NCBI GenBank assembly: GCA_964016885.1
Contig: OZ024742.1
Coordinates: 298,468,001-298,532,000, forward strand
Length of the DNA stretch: 64,000 bases
Direction of reading: 5' to 3'
DNA from: Eledone cirrhosa
Lineage: Eukaryota
A model generated the notes under the pieces. The model saw nothing but the letters and a program-made list of their open reading frames with translations. It made no database searches and was not told the origin of the DNA. Below, one piece after another: positions 41,599 to 55,369 of this stretch (its first letter is position 1; the number at the start of each line of letters is the position of its first letter). Made by a program: the position numbers and the translations under genes.

Positions 41599-42427
41599 GT
41601 GAGGTTTTTTTTACAAAATGAAAAATAACCGAGGTGTCCTACACGAGTGAAAGTATAAAGAAAAAGAGATGAAATCGAAAATGCAACTGGAGTCTTATTT
41701 TCTAAAAAAATATATATATTTATTTGTTTCCTTTACCGGTTTCGCAGTTCTTCTGCTTTTCAAAAGGTGAGTTGAGATGGAGGGTCTGTGGTTTTTCTCA
41801 CATCTGGTTGGTCTCTGAATGTTACTTGTTTTATATGGAAAAAGTGGCTCGAAATGCCAGGTTTTTCGAGAAGTAATTTGATTGGTTTGTCAATAATTAT
41901 AATAAATTTCGCGCCAGTTCGCGTTACAATAGTTCTTCAAATAAGAGGAGGGGGGTGGGGGGTTGTCACAGGTTGTTTTTTCATATATGAGTGTTTGAAT
42001 TTCTTTTTACTTGAAAAAAGGAGGCTCACGAAGGCTTTTTTTTGGTTGGTTATAAATGAAATTATGGCTGTCACATGAACAAATTTTCATTAAATGTTTG
42101 TGCCCTTATTTGGAAATCCATTCTGTAGCCTTTTTAGAGAATTTTTTGATAAGTAAACGATAATGGTCAAGAGAAAGGGATGGGAGAATTGTTCTGGTTC
42201 AGTGAATATGGTTAGTTCGCTGGGGTGTCAGAATTCAGATTTTCTATTGAATAAAGAAAGTAAAGATATGTGTGTTTATTTGTGTGCTTGTGTGTGTGTG
42301 TGCGTGTGTGTGTGTGTGTTGTGTGTGTGTGTGTTTGAATTTCTTTACTTTAGAAAAAGGTGGCTCACAAAGGCTTTTTTTTAATAAACGTGATTTGATT
42401 GGTTATAAATGAAATTTGGCTGTCACG
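41592..42427. repeat. Unclassified TA-embedded repeat
   Basis: First ~135 bp recur at 50163-50300; internal direct repeat 41990-42074 / 42330-42426; partial reverse similarity to 28560-28860. Confidence 0.5.
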
Positions 42428-42503
<76 letters not shown>

Positions 42504-42541
42504 CATATATATACATATACATATATATATACATATACATA

Positions 42542-42581
<40 letters not shown>

Positions 42582-42635
42582 CATATATAATGAAATACAT
42601 ATGGTTTTATAAATATAGTTTCCATTTGTTAATAT

Positions 42636-42698
<63 letters not shown>

Positions 42699-42737
42699 AT
42701 ATATATATGTATATATAAATATGTATATATATATGTG

Positions 42738-42768
<31 letters not shown>

Positions 42769-42769
42769 G

Positions 42770-42817
<48 letters not shown>

Positions 42818-42818
42818 C

Positions 42819-42855
<37 letters not shown>

Positions 42856-42866
42856 CATATATATAT

Positions 42867-42921
<55 letters not shown>

Positions 42922-42961
42922 ATATTAACAAATGGAAACTATATTTATAAAACCATATGTA

Positions 42962-43023
42962 TTTCATTATACATATTTCAAGGGCCACCAATGCAGATTA
43001 TGGTGCGCTTTCATCAGATAAAA
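42962..43023 (-). ncRNA. Type I hammerhead motif in a solo Naiad-type pLTR fragment (42917-43086)
   Basis: ttttat-CTGATGA-aagcgcacca...tggtggccctt-GAAATATGTATA-atgaaa. Confidence 0.8.
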
Positions 43024-43083
43024 TATAATATAGATTAGCTTTATAAATAAATATTGACATACCCTGAAAAATGCAATCTTCAT

Positions 43084-43140
<57 letters not shown>

Positions 43141-43171
43141 TATACATATATGTATATACTTATATATATAT

Positions 43172-43213
<42 letters not shown>

Positions 43214-43231
43214 TATACATCTATGTATATA

Positions 43232-43273
<42 letters not shown>

Positions 43274-43339
43274 TGTATATACTTATATATATATATATAT
43301 ACATATATGTATATACTTATATATACATATATGTATATA

Positions 43340-43379
<40 letters not shown>

Positions 43380-43390
43380 TGTATATACTT

Positions 43391-43421
<31 letters not shown>

Positions 43422-43457
43422 TGTATATACTTATATATATATACATGTATGTATATA

Positions 43458-43539
<82 letters not shown>

Positions 43540-43559
43540 TATACATATATGTATATACT

Positions 43560-43596
<37 letters not shown>

Positions 43597-43729
43597 GCAA
43601 AAATTTTATTTAAGATTGTTGGGTTACAACGAGTAAATATTTTATAACTGATATAAAAGCACTCAACAGTTTCTGGAGTAGGTTTACGATATTAAACAAA
43701 TGGAAACTATATTTATAAAACCATATTTA

Positions 43730-43791
43730 TTTCGTTATATATATTTCTGGGATATCATATTAAAAATATGGTATGCCTTCCTCAGACAAAA
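43730..43791 (-). ncRNA. Type I hammerhead motif in the Naiad pLTR (copies 47414-47475 minus, 48662-48723 plus)
   Basis: ttttgt-CTGAGGA-aggcataccatatttttaatatgatatccca-GAAATATATATA-acgaaa; palindromic stem III. Confidence 0.8.
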
Positions 43792-45004
43792 TACAATACA
43801 TAAGCTGTTTTATAAATAATTAGTGACATACCTTGTAATAATGCAACTTCCATTTAAAAAGTTGATTTGGTAGTGAAACTGTTATGACAGTTATATAGAA
43901 AGAAAAACGAAGATGAGAAGAAGAAGATGAAGAGATGTATGTAAATAAAAAAAAAAGAAGAAGATGAAGAGATGTATGTAAAGAAAAACAACGGAGCGAG
44001 ATAGAGAGACAAGGAGATATGGGAGAGAGAAATACATTGAGGAGGTGAAAAAATATAGTAGGCTGCTTTTGGACAGATGATCATCGTATATGTGAGAGGT
44101 TAAGGGAAGGGATACAGTTAAACTAGTGTATAGGAGAAAAAGAAAGAAAGATGATATATTTAAAATATATTAAAAATATATTACGTCTCATCCATTTGAA
44201 TTATCAATTTTTATGAATTAGGTATTATAATGTAAATATCAGTATTCATGAATGAGACACATATCCATAATGTGTGAAAAAATGACCACATGCTCAGTTT
44301 AAAAATTCTTAGGTCTATAAGCAAAATCTGAGATAAAACTTCAAACATAAGTATATATGCATTCTCGTGAAAAAAAAGAGAAAAGAGAAGGTTATCTCAA
44401 ATTCAAGTTGATAAATATAGCCGCACATGTGAACCTACGTGATACGCTGCACAGATTCTTATATTTCATGAAAAACTTCAATGCGTTACAAAAGATTCCA
44501 CCCTACATACATTTACATATAGACATAAAATATATAAGATATACATTAACATCTAAAATAACATTCCAGCCTCACTTGCATGATCATCGATCAAGCATAG
44601 AGTAGACAACAGATATCAATATGAAAATTAAAAACGCCAAGAATATCTTCGTCACTCCACAGAGTATCTAGGGACGCAAGAGAACATAGTATGCCACGCA
44701 TATCGGTCACATAGAATCAGAATCAAAAGCAAACAAAACCAAAATTGTTCACCAAGCCTTATTTAGCAGAAATCATTCAAAACTTATTCTACAAATGCTC
44801 TTATATTTATTATAGAAGTTTATCCAGCTTAAAAATGTATTCAAAAGATTGGGAACAACGCCAATTTTAGGGTAGTTTATTTAATCTCATTAATTATATA
44901 TTCATGCAGAAAGGTTTTTAAAAAAAAAATTGAAGGAATCGAAAGATTTATCGCCAAGTTTCATAAATAGTCAAATACCTTAAGTAAATATACTACATTT
45001 TATA

Positions 45005-47231
45005 CTACATTTTAAATTTATATTTATATTTAAATGTTGAGTTCAATCTATGTCTGCAACAGCTGAATAAATTGGTTCGTAAATTAAGGGAATTTTTAGA
45101 TTTTAGTATAAAGAATATCTCCTCCGCGCAGAGGTCACATGTCTCAGAAGAGGAATTAAAAGGAATCCCTTTTGAGACTATATTCCAAACCATCGAATAT
45201 CCAACTTTATCATGTTTAAGTTGCCAGAGTAACCCTGACAGCGATGTTGAGGATTTTTTATTTGGATCCGTGAAAGAATTTTTGTGATTATTATAGCGAA
45301 GTTTAAATTCTGTCGAGGTGGAACCAACATAATTAAAAGAATTTAAATCAGTTCTAACATTACAGTTGTATATTATATATTTAACTAAGCAATTGTTATT
45401 TAGCGGACATTTAGATCTATCTCTACAGTTACAGTTTTTTAGTTGAATATTGTTTAGGCTATTTTCGGTATTTTGGCTAGGTTTTAGATTCCTATTATTT
45501 ATTCTATTAATATTTTGTGCTAAATTTTTGGTGGACGAGTACGTTAATTTTATAGTATGTCTATTAAAAATTGAGTGATACTTATGTGTTCTAGGGAAGC
45601 GTTTGTCAAGGACATTAAAAAATAGTTTAGCGATGTGGGTTTTAATGTTTAGTGTGAAAGGGGGGGCAAACCATATTATATTTCTAGTTCTATTTCTTTT
45701 CTGGTTTTTGAAATTATTGTAGTGCTTTCTATTATAGTTGTTAAAGTTGTTACTGTAATTAAAATTGTTGTTATTTTGGTTAGTTTGTCTATTATCGATG
45801 TACATAATTTTATCATTATATCCTGCTCTAGCTAAAGCTTCATTATAATAACTGGGCTTTTTCGTCAAAAATATTTTTATTGGAAGAGATTCTAGAGATA
45901 CGTTTTTGAACAGAGTTCACTATAGTATTTTTGACAGATCTGGGGTGATTGGAGCTAAAATTGACATAATTCAAGTTTTCATTTAACTTGTGAAATGGAT
46001 AGTGAAGACATGTGTTGAGATTAAATGTTACGTCTAGGAAATTGACTATTCTATGGTTATTCTCAATTTCTATTTTTAGATTAAGGTAATTAAAAAATTG
46101 TATAATTTGTTTTCTTTTCTTATTTAGTTCAGAGTTATTATTTTCAATAAGTAAAAGCATGTCATCTCTATATAAACCTCCGGTAACACCGGGTATTTTC
46201 CTATGCAGCGAATTAATTATAAATAGGCCCACAAGGTCCGTTACCTGAGCTGAGTCTGATGATCCCATAGTAATGTCAAAATTATTATCTCTATCTGCCC
46301 TAGTCCATAGTTGGTTATTAAATTCTATCAAAGTTTTCCTTGCCGATAATATAATGTGCATTTCATTGCTAGTTAGACCTGTATGCTTGAATGCGTAATT
46401 TAGTGCCTTATTAAGTAGATTAGGGGTAATGGATGAATAGTAGTTAGCAATATCTAGTTGAATAAATTTATTATTATTGTTATATTTAATTTCATTAAAC
46501 CACTCAATGACCTCCCCAGTTCCCTTCCACAAGGTCAAGCCAGGTAAACAATTCAAGTCCTTAATTTGCTGTATCACTCTGTCTAGAATGTTCTTGCTAA
46601 GTTTACCCAGGTCAGATTTTGATGGTGCAATCAACCTGACTGGCAAGTCATTTTCAAAATTTCTTTTGTGATCTTTCATATTGATCTTGGGTTTTCTAGG
46701 CACGAAAGGTTGTGTTTTGTTCTCAATTTCCAACTCATGCATTATACATGATGCCTCAACATTCATTTTCTCAAGTTCAGCCTTATCTGCTACCTTGTAC
46801 TTTTCCCTTAGTTCTTTCAGTATGAGGCCATTATACATGTCTTTTTCCACTCCATAGAGGTTGTTGGTTTTGTCCGATTTCACCAAGATCTTCTCTGTTC
46901 TCTCTAAGCTCGCAATGTTATCCTTAATGCTTTTCAGATATTCCTGGCCATTGAAGTTTCTCTTGAATCTGACTCCTTGTATGATAGAAATTATATCGTT
47001 TTCAAAATCATTCAAAAGTTTGTTGGGGGGTGGATATTTTTTAGATTTGAAGACTCTGTCTAGGTCTGAGACATTTTCGTTTACGTTAGATTTAGATTTA
47101 TCAAAGTGGAATGCACGCCACCTGATTCTCCTTATAAAGGAGTCTGATTTATCTGTTAGTTGTTTAATAAAGTCCTTGTTTCTAGGTAGAGGTATGTCTT
47201 TTAGAGAAGAAGAGATCTTAAAGAATTCCAT
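45005..47231 (-). pseudogene. PLE RT + GIY-YIG ORF with one frameshift (~45855)
   Basis: SLKDIPLP, FIRRIRWRA, KSDKT, LDIANYYSSI, FDITMGS, GLYRDD, VNFLDVTFNL, NIIWFAPPF, CNCR...CPL...CL, YVGSTSTEFKLRYNNH, CDLC.EE, CRHR. Confidence 0.92.
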
Positions 47232-48762
47232 TTTTTCAGTTATAATATAAAGCGCTCAACGGTATTGGAGCAAAATATATGCAAAAGTTTTATTTAAGAT
47301 TGTTGGGTTACAACGAGTAAATATTTTATAACTGATATAAAAGCACTCAACAGTTTCTGGAGTAGGTTTACGATATTAAACAAATGGAAACTATATTTAT
47401 AAAACCATATTTATTTCGTTATATATATTTCTGGGATATCATATTAAAAATATGGTATGCCTTCCTCAGACAAAATACATTACATAAGCTGTTTTATAAA
47501 TAATTAGTGACATACCCCTTGTAATAATGCAACTTTCTGCATGAATATATAATTAATGAGATTAAATAAACTACCCTAAAATTGGCGTTGTTCACAATCT
47601 TTTGAATAAATTTTTAAGCTGGATAAACTTCTATAATAAATATAAGAGCATTTGTAGAATAAGTTTTGAATGATTTCTGCTAAATAAGGCTTGGTGAACA
47701 ATTTTGGTTTTGTTTGCTTTTGATTCTGATTCTATGTAACCGATATGCGTGGCATACTATGTTCTCTTGCGTCCCTAGATACTCTGTGGAGTGACGAAGA
47801 TATTCTTGGCGTTTTTAATTTTAATATTGATATCTGTTGTCTACTCTATGCTTGATCGATGATCATGCAAGTGAGGCTGGAATGTTATTTTAGATGTTAA
47901 TGTATATCTTATATATTTTATGTCTATATGTATATATGTATGTAAATGTATGTAGGGTGGAATCGTTTGTAACGCATTGAAGTTTTTCATGAAATATAAG
48001 AATCTGTGCAGCGTATCACGTAGGTTCACATGTGCGGCTATATTTATCAACTTGAATTTGAGATAACCTTCTCTTTTCTCTTTTTTTTCACGAGAATGCA
48101 TATATACTTATGTTTGAAGTTTTATCTCAGATTTTGCTTATAGACCTAAGAATTTTTAAACTGAGCATGTGGTCATTTTTTCACACATTATGGATATGTG
48201 TCTCATTCATGAATACTGATATTTACATTATAATACCTAATTCATAAAAATTGATAATTCAAATGGATGAGACATAATATATTTTTAATATATTTTAAAT
48301 ATATCATCTTTCTTTCTTTTTCTCCTATACACTAGTTTAACTGTATCCCTTCCCCTAACCTCTCACATATACGATGATCATCTGTCCAAAAGCAGCCTAC
48401 TATATTTTTTCACCTCCTCAATGTATTTCTCTCTCCCATATCTCCTTGTCTCTCTATCTCGCTCCGTTGTTTTTCTTTACATACATCTCTTCATCTTCTT
48501 CTTTTTTTTATTTACATACATCTCTTCATCTTCTTCTCATCTTCGTTTTTCTTTCTATATAACTGTCATAACAGTTTCACTACCAAATCAACTTTTTAAA
48601 TGGAAGTTGCATTATTACAAGGTATGTCACTAATTATTTATAAAACAGCTTATGTATTGTATTTTGTCTGAGGAAGGCATACCATATTTTTAATATGATA
48701 TCCCAGAAATATATATAACGAAATAAATATGGTTTTATAAATATAGTTTCCATTTGTTTAAT

Positions 48763-48810
<48 letters not shown>

Positions 48811-48845
48811 TATACAAATATATATATATATATACATATACATAC

Positions 48846-48884
<39 letters not shown>

Positions 48885-48927
48885 CATATTCATACATATA
48901 TATATATACATATACATATATATATAC

Positions 48928-48979
<52 letters not shown>

Positions 48980-49006
48980 ATATATATATGTACATATACA
49001 TATATA

Positions 49007-49078
<72 letters not shown>

Positions 49079-49084
<6 letters not shown>

Positions 49085-49510
49085 GGAGGTGAGTTTTATT
49101 GTAGTACAATAAAGCAATGCAGATATCGGATAAGAAGCACTCTACAGTTTGTGGGACTGGAGTATGCATAATATAAGATCAAAAGATGGTTAAAGGAGTT
49201 CCATATATTTTATTATGCGCATTTCAAAAACAAACATCATCAAGCAATAATATTTGTGTTTTCATCATATAAAACAGGAGAACATGATATGAAGGCTAAA
49301 AAACACTTGTGGATAGTGCAGTTTTAAATCAACATATCATGATATCAGATATGTTGATTTAAAACTGCACTATCCACAAGTGTTTTTTAGCCTTCATATC
49401 ATGTTCTCCTGTTTTATCTGATGAAAACACAAATATTATTGCTTGATGATGTTTGTTTTTGAAATGCGCATAATAAAATATATGGAACTCCTTTAACCAT
49501 CATTTGATCT

Positions 49511-49574
<64 letters not shown>

Positions 49575-49836
49575 ATATATATGTTGATTTAAAACTGCAC
49601 TATTCACAAGTGTTTTTTAACCTTCATATCATGTCTTCCTATTTTATCTGATGAAAACACAAATGTTATTGCATGATGATATTTGTTTTTGAAATGCGCA
49701 TAATAAAATACATGGAACTCTTTTAACCATCTTTTGATCTTATATATTATGTATACTCCAGTCCTACAAACTGTAGAGTGCTTCTTATCCGATATCTGAA
49801 TTGCTTTATTGTACTACAATAAAACTCACCTCCTAC

Positions 49837-49838
<2 letters not shown>
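49079..49838. mobile_element. Non-coding PLE module with three pLTR arms (one minus, two plus)
   Basis: 49079-49338 is inverted at 49350-49516 and again at 49580-49838, with a TA tract between the two plus arms. Confidence 0.8.
49412..49478 (+). ncRNA. Type I hammerhead motif (second copy 49641-49709; mutated reverse copy ~49208-49274)
   Basis: ttttat-CTGATGA-long stem II (acaaatattat/gatgatgtttgt)-GAAATGCGCATA-ataaaa. Confidence 0.82.
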
Positions 49839-49912
<74 letters not shown>

Positions 49913-49933
49913 TATAAATATATACATATATGG

Positions 49934-49977
<44 letters not shown>

Positions 49978-50000
49978 TATACATATATGTATATACATAA

Positions 50001-50047
<47 letters not shown>

Positions 50048-50070
50048 TATACATATATGTATATACATAA

Positions 50071-50133
<63 letters not shown>

Positions 50134-50454
50134 TATACATATATGTATATACATATATATATATTAGAAAGTGAGGTTTTTTTTTACAAATTGAAAAATA
50201 ACCGAGGTGTCCTACATGAGTGAAAGTATAAAGAAAAAGAGATGAAATCGAAAATGCAACTGGAGTCTTATTTTAAAAAAAAATATATATATTTATTTGG
50301 TTTGAGAGATGGAGATAGGAGAGAAGATAGGAGTGGAGACATTGGTGAATTAGTTAGAAGCAAAAGCATAAAGGCATGTGGTCAATGTGCAATATGCAGT
50401 AGGAAGCAGCCTAGGTGGCTGGGTTCATGCAACAGTTAGGTGCGCAGAGCTGGA

Positions 50455-50855
50455 AATATTCATTAGTTAAGCAAAACAAGACTTCAAATTTCACAATTAA
50501 AAGATTGTCAACATATTTAATTTGATGTAAGGAATGTAGAGAATAATAATAATATTAATAATAATAATTGTTTCTAACATTAATAATAATATTAATAATA
50601 ATAATGTCCGTTTTTATGTTTTTAAATATGTTAATTATTTTCAACTGAACCAGATCAATAATGATATATAGTCATCTGATCCAGAAATATTATATGGAGT
50701 AGCGAAACAATTGTAAACGGACATTGTAGAAACTATTATTATTAATGTTATTATTATTATTCTCTACATTCCTTGCATTAAACTGAAATACGTTGACAAA
50801 CTTTTAATAATGTCTTCCTTGTGAAATTTGTGGGCTTGTTTTGCTTAACTAATGA

Positions 50856-50858
<3 letters not shown>
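50455..50858. repeat. Degenerate fold-back repeat
   Basis: Imperfect arms ~50455-50575 / 50727-50858; spacer holds atgtccgtt...gaaacaattgta-aacggacat. Confidence 0.55.
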
Positions 50859-50892
<34 letters not shown>

Positions 50893-50893
50893 C

Positions 50894-50959
<66 letters not shown>

Positions 50960-51029
50960 TTATATACATATATACATATATATATATACATGTATATATA
51001 TATATACACATATACATATATATATATAC

Positions 51030-52175
51030 ACAGATTGCATAGGACTTACCTCGCCCTCAAACCCCATAATGACAAGGTCTGAAACACCCCACTTGCCGAC
51101 TTTGTAAGGGATAAACCCTGCTTAGAAAGGTAGACGTAACTTTTTCATATTTTTTATCTTTTCCTCTATATTTCCTTCTTCCCCCATCTGTACCTAGTCC
51201 TTCCACCCCAGATCTCCTTCCTTGTCGCTCTTTCTTTTCACCTTCTCGCCCACCCCGATGCAACACATTGGTCCTCTGTAGCCTCAGTACCCCCACCCCG
51301 TAATTTTAAGATACTTTCTTTCTGGTTACTGCCCCATTTCCGTGATTTCTAAATTTCTTAGTGGTATTTCTGCATTAGTTTCTTGTATATTAGTATTTAT
51401 GTTTTGGGATTCTGAATTAATATTTCGTATTAGTTTTTTAGTATGTTTGACCTCAACTTATTAACCTGTCATCGTAAGATAGCATTGGCTGATTACTACT
51501 AACTATAGTAGTGGTGTTAGACCCCCTGTAATGATGGCTTTATCAAATTCTTTCACTACAATCTCGTATTTAGTATTCCTCTCCAGCTATTAAACTTTTC
51601 TATAGCTTCGCAATACTAATGAGAGATTTGGTGATTGTGGAATGGGAGTAGTAACCAGAAATTGTTTTTTATATTTTTTATACATTTCCTCATTTTTATA
51701 ATGGCTTTTTTCTGTTTACTCCCTTTCGATTTACCTATTTTTTCAGCCCCCCCCCCCTTCTCTAGTACACTTTTTTCGACCTTCTATACACTATCCTTAG
51801 AATCTGCTGTATAGATTTCACTTTCAACGCTTGACTGGGTTTCCTCCACTCCTTCCCTCTCTTTCTTCTACCGGCAAGTTCAGCTACACCTACCCCCCAC
51901 TTAATGCCATGATAGAATCATATGTCTTAACAACAAACTTTTGACCAATCCTTGTGACAATCACAATTTTATCATATATGGGATTACCCCCTGAGAAGTT
52001 CGGCTATTTATTTACCAGGCTAAAAATTCTTATTTAGTCCAGAATTAGCCGTCGAAACGGCTTGAGCTCTACCGTCGGGGTCATACTTGTTCCTATTACC
52101 CACTCTACTACCCTAAGTATTGAGTACTTTGGTGCGTTATGGTCCATCTGGTTCCTTACCACATTTCCTTCGTTA
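51030..52175 (+). mobile_element. ~1-kb non-coding HHR-bearing element (PLE pLTR-like), copy 1
   Basis: Homologous to 55370-56162; inverted terminal fragment at 41492-41550; ends in a TA tract. Confidence 0.7.
51986..52081 (+). ncRNA. Hammerhead motif with CUGAGAA core and large stem II loop
   Basis: acccc-CTGAGAA-gttcggcta...tagccgtc-GAAACGG...CCGTC-ggggt (GUC site). Confidence 0.7.
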
Positions 52176-52256
52176 TATACACATATATATATATATATAT
52201 ACACACATATATATATACATATATATACATATATATATATATACACATATATATAC

Positions 52257-52294
<38 letters not shown>

Positions 52295-52500
52295 ATATAC
52301 ATATATATATACACATATATATACATATATATATACACACATATATATATACATATATATATATACACATATATGTATATATACACACACACATATATAT
52401 ATATATATACATATATATACATATATATATATATACATATATACATATATATTCATATATATACATATATATATATATATACATATATATACCTATACAT

Positions 52501-52531
<31 letters not shown>

Positions 52532-53066
52532 CATATATACTTATATATATACATATACACTTATATATATACATATACACTTATATATATACATATATAT
52601 ATACATATATACTTATATATATACATATATACTTATATATATACATATATACTTATATATATACATATATATATACATATATACTTATATATATACATAT
52701 GTATATATACATATATATATATATACACATATATACTTATATATATACATATATACTTATATATATACATATATATATACATATATACTTATATATATAC
52801 ATATGTATATATACATATATATATATATACATATATACACATATATATATATACATATATATATACATATATATATATACATATATATATACATATATAT
52901 ATATATATACACATATATACACATATATATATATATATATATACACATATATACACATATATATATATACATATATATATACATATATATATATACACAT
53001 ATATATATATACATATATATATACACATATATATATACACATATATATATACACATATATATACAC

Positions 53067-53143
<77 letters not shown>

Positions 53144-53150
53144 TATATGC

Positions 53151-53183
<33 letters not shown>

Positions 53184-53318
53184 CATACATATATATACAT
53201 ATATACACATATAAATATACATATATACACATATACATACATATATATACATATATACACATATAAATATACATATATACACATATATATATATATACAT
53301 ATATACATATATAAATAT

Positions 53319-53349
<31 letters not shown>

Positions 53350-53496
53350 CATATATATATACATATATATATATATACATATATACATATATATATATAC
53401 ATATATAAATATATATATATACATATATAAATATATATATATACATATATAAATATATATATATACATATATAAATATATATATATACATATATAA

Positions 53497-53535
<39 letters not shown>

Positions 53536-53536
53536 A

Positions 53537-53581
<45 letters not shown>

Positions 53582-53635
53582 TATATATATACATATATAT
53601 ATACATATATATATATATATACATGTATATATATA

Positions 53636-55260
53636 CAATATATTAATAAATGGAAACTATATTTATAAAACCATATTTATTTTATTATACATATTTCAAG
53701 AGCAACCAAGGCAAATTATGGTGCGCTTTCATCGGATAAAATACAGATTTGTTTTATAAATATATATTGACATACCCGGAAAAAAAGACAACCTTAACGG
53801 TTGGAGCTTCCTGGATAGTGGAGATATTACATTTATTGAGGGTGATACAGAATTATGAGTTAGTATGCATATGAGTGTCCAAAAGGTTGAAAAGATAACG
53901 GTTCATTTAAATTAAACTGTTGGGAGAAGATGATGATATGTAAGGGAGAGAGAAACAAAGAAAAAAAAAAAAGAAAGGAGAAAGATAGAAGAGGAAAGAA
54001 AGAACGATTATATATATTAACGTGGAAGAATAATATTTATAATGCAGGATTCATTACGTTTTGATTATAATACTTATAATGATAGGTTGAAAAATTAGAT
54101 TTAAATTAAATTAAAATAAAAAATTAGAAATCAAAATTAAAAATTAAAATTTACTTTAATATTAAAGATTTAATTTAATAATTTAATATTAATAATTAGT
54201 TTAAATGTGTATGTTAAGGGTTATAAATTATTTAAATAAATATATAGTATTTTACATTAGAGTAAATCTAGTATAGTTTATTTTATTAAAAGTTGTAAGT
54301 TCAAATTTAAACATCCAAATAATTCTAAATTTATGAAAAATTTACGAGAGTTTACAAATGACTAACCACTTAGTTATATTATAAAAACAGTAACGAAGTG
54401 TAAAGGAAGTTAGAAGTGATTTTTTAAGAACTCAGATGACTCTAAGGATTAAATGTTATAAAGTTAAAAACTTAAACATTTTTTATCTTAAGAATATAAT
54501 TAAAACATGAACCATATGTTATTTTATACGAAGTCATAAATTTACTTGCTATAAAGTTAAAACATTTCAAAAAATTTATCTTCAGAATATATTTAAAGCA
54601 TAAACCATAGGTTATTCCACATATATATAAAAAACCTATATATAAAAATCATATGTTTTTCCACATATATATAAACATTTGGATATATATATTAAAAACG
54701 TTTGAAGATATAAAAATATTGGAAGGTATGAAAATAATGGTTTTTCTATATCTTTCAAAGGAATTTCAAAGGATTTTTCTTAAAACCTTCCGTAAGTTTT
54801 TCAAGAAAATTTTTTTTATTAAAGAACTTTCAAGCAGTCATATAAAAGAAATTTTATAATCTATCGATAGGTGTAATAATATAAAGTATATAGTATATAT
54901 ATGTGAAGTAGAGATAATAGAAAGTAAATTAAATATATGAATCTTATATAGATATAGAAGACATTATGTAAAAGAGATAAATCATATATTACATTTTATA
55001 TATATATTTAAAAGTTGAGTTTAAACGATGTTTGCAGGAACTGAATAAATTATTTCGTAAATTAATAGAGTTCTTACTTTTTAGTATAAATAATATTTAT
55101 TCAACGCAAAGAGAGCAATTTTGGGATAAAGCAGTGTATGAAGGAGCTTTGGAAATAATTTGCCAAAGTAAAGAATAGTTAATATTCTTGGATTTCAAGT
55201 CCCATAATAAGTTAGATAGAGAAATTGAAATTTTTTTACCAATATTCGTAAAGGAACATA
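53636..55260 (-). mobile_element. Second Naiad-type PLE 3' fragment: GIY-YIG C-terminus plus long pLTR with HHR (53680-53741, CCGATGA core)
   Basis: Minus strand ~55255-55000 reads SLSNLLWDLK...WQIISKAPSY...CSLCVE*ILFILKSKNSINLRNNLFSSCKHRLNSTFKY, paralogous to the 45005 ORF end. Confidence 0.8.
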
Positions 55261-55369
55261 TTTCGTAAAGGAATTAATTTTCCGTATCAAATTTTTCATA
55301 TATATCGTACGAGCATTTATGTAGTTTGTACTAGCATTTTTGTATCGTAGCGGCACCCTTAGAGATAGT

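Larger units (their letters stand above)
43597..48766 (-). mobile_element. Near-complete Penelope-like element (Naiad-type) with 3' pLTR, partial tandem 5' pLTR and inverted pLTR
   Basis: pLTR 43597-44912; direct partial copy 47277-47535; ~1.2-kb inverted copy 47534-48766; TA tracts on both sides. Confidence 0.92.

Noticed and set aside
45005-47231. Selenoprotein-type Naiad (in-frame UGA plus SECIS)
   Set aside because: Both ORF halves lack in-frame TGA; the conserved cysteines are ordinary Cys codons
44357-48101. Duplicated 82-86 aa ORF MHSREKK...
   Set aside because: Lies antisense in the pLTR and is duplicated only because of the inverted repeat; no recognisable motif
50603-50724. Hammerhead with a 9-bp stem I and GAAACAATTGTA
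   Set aside because: The CUGANGA core is absent (tttatgt); possibly a dead relic, not counted
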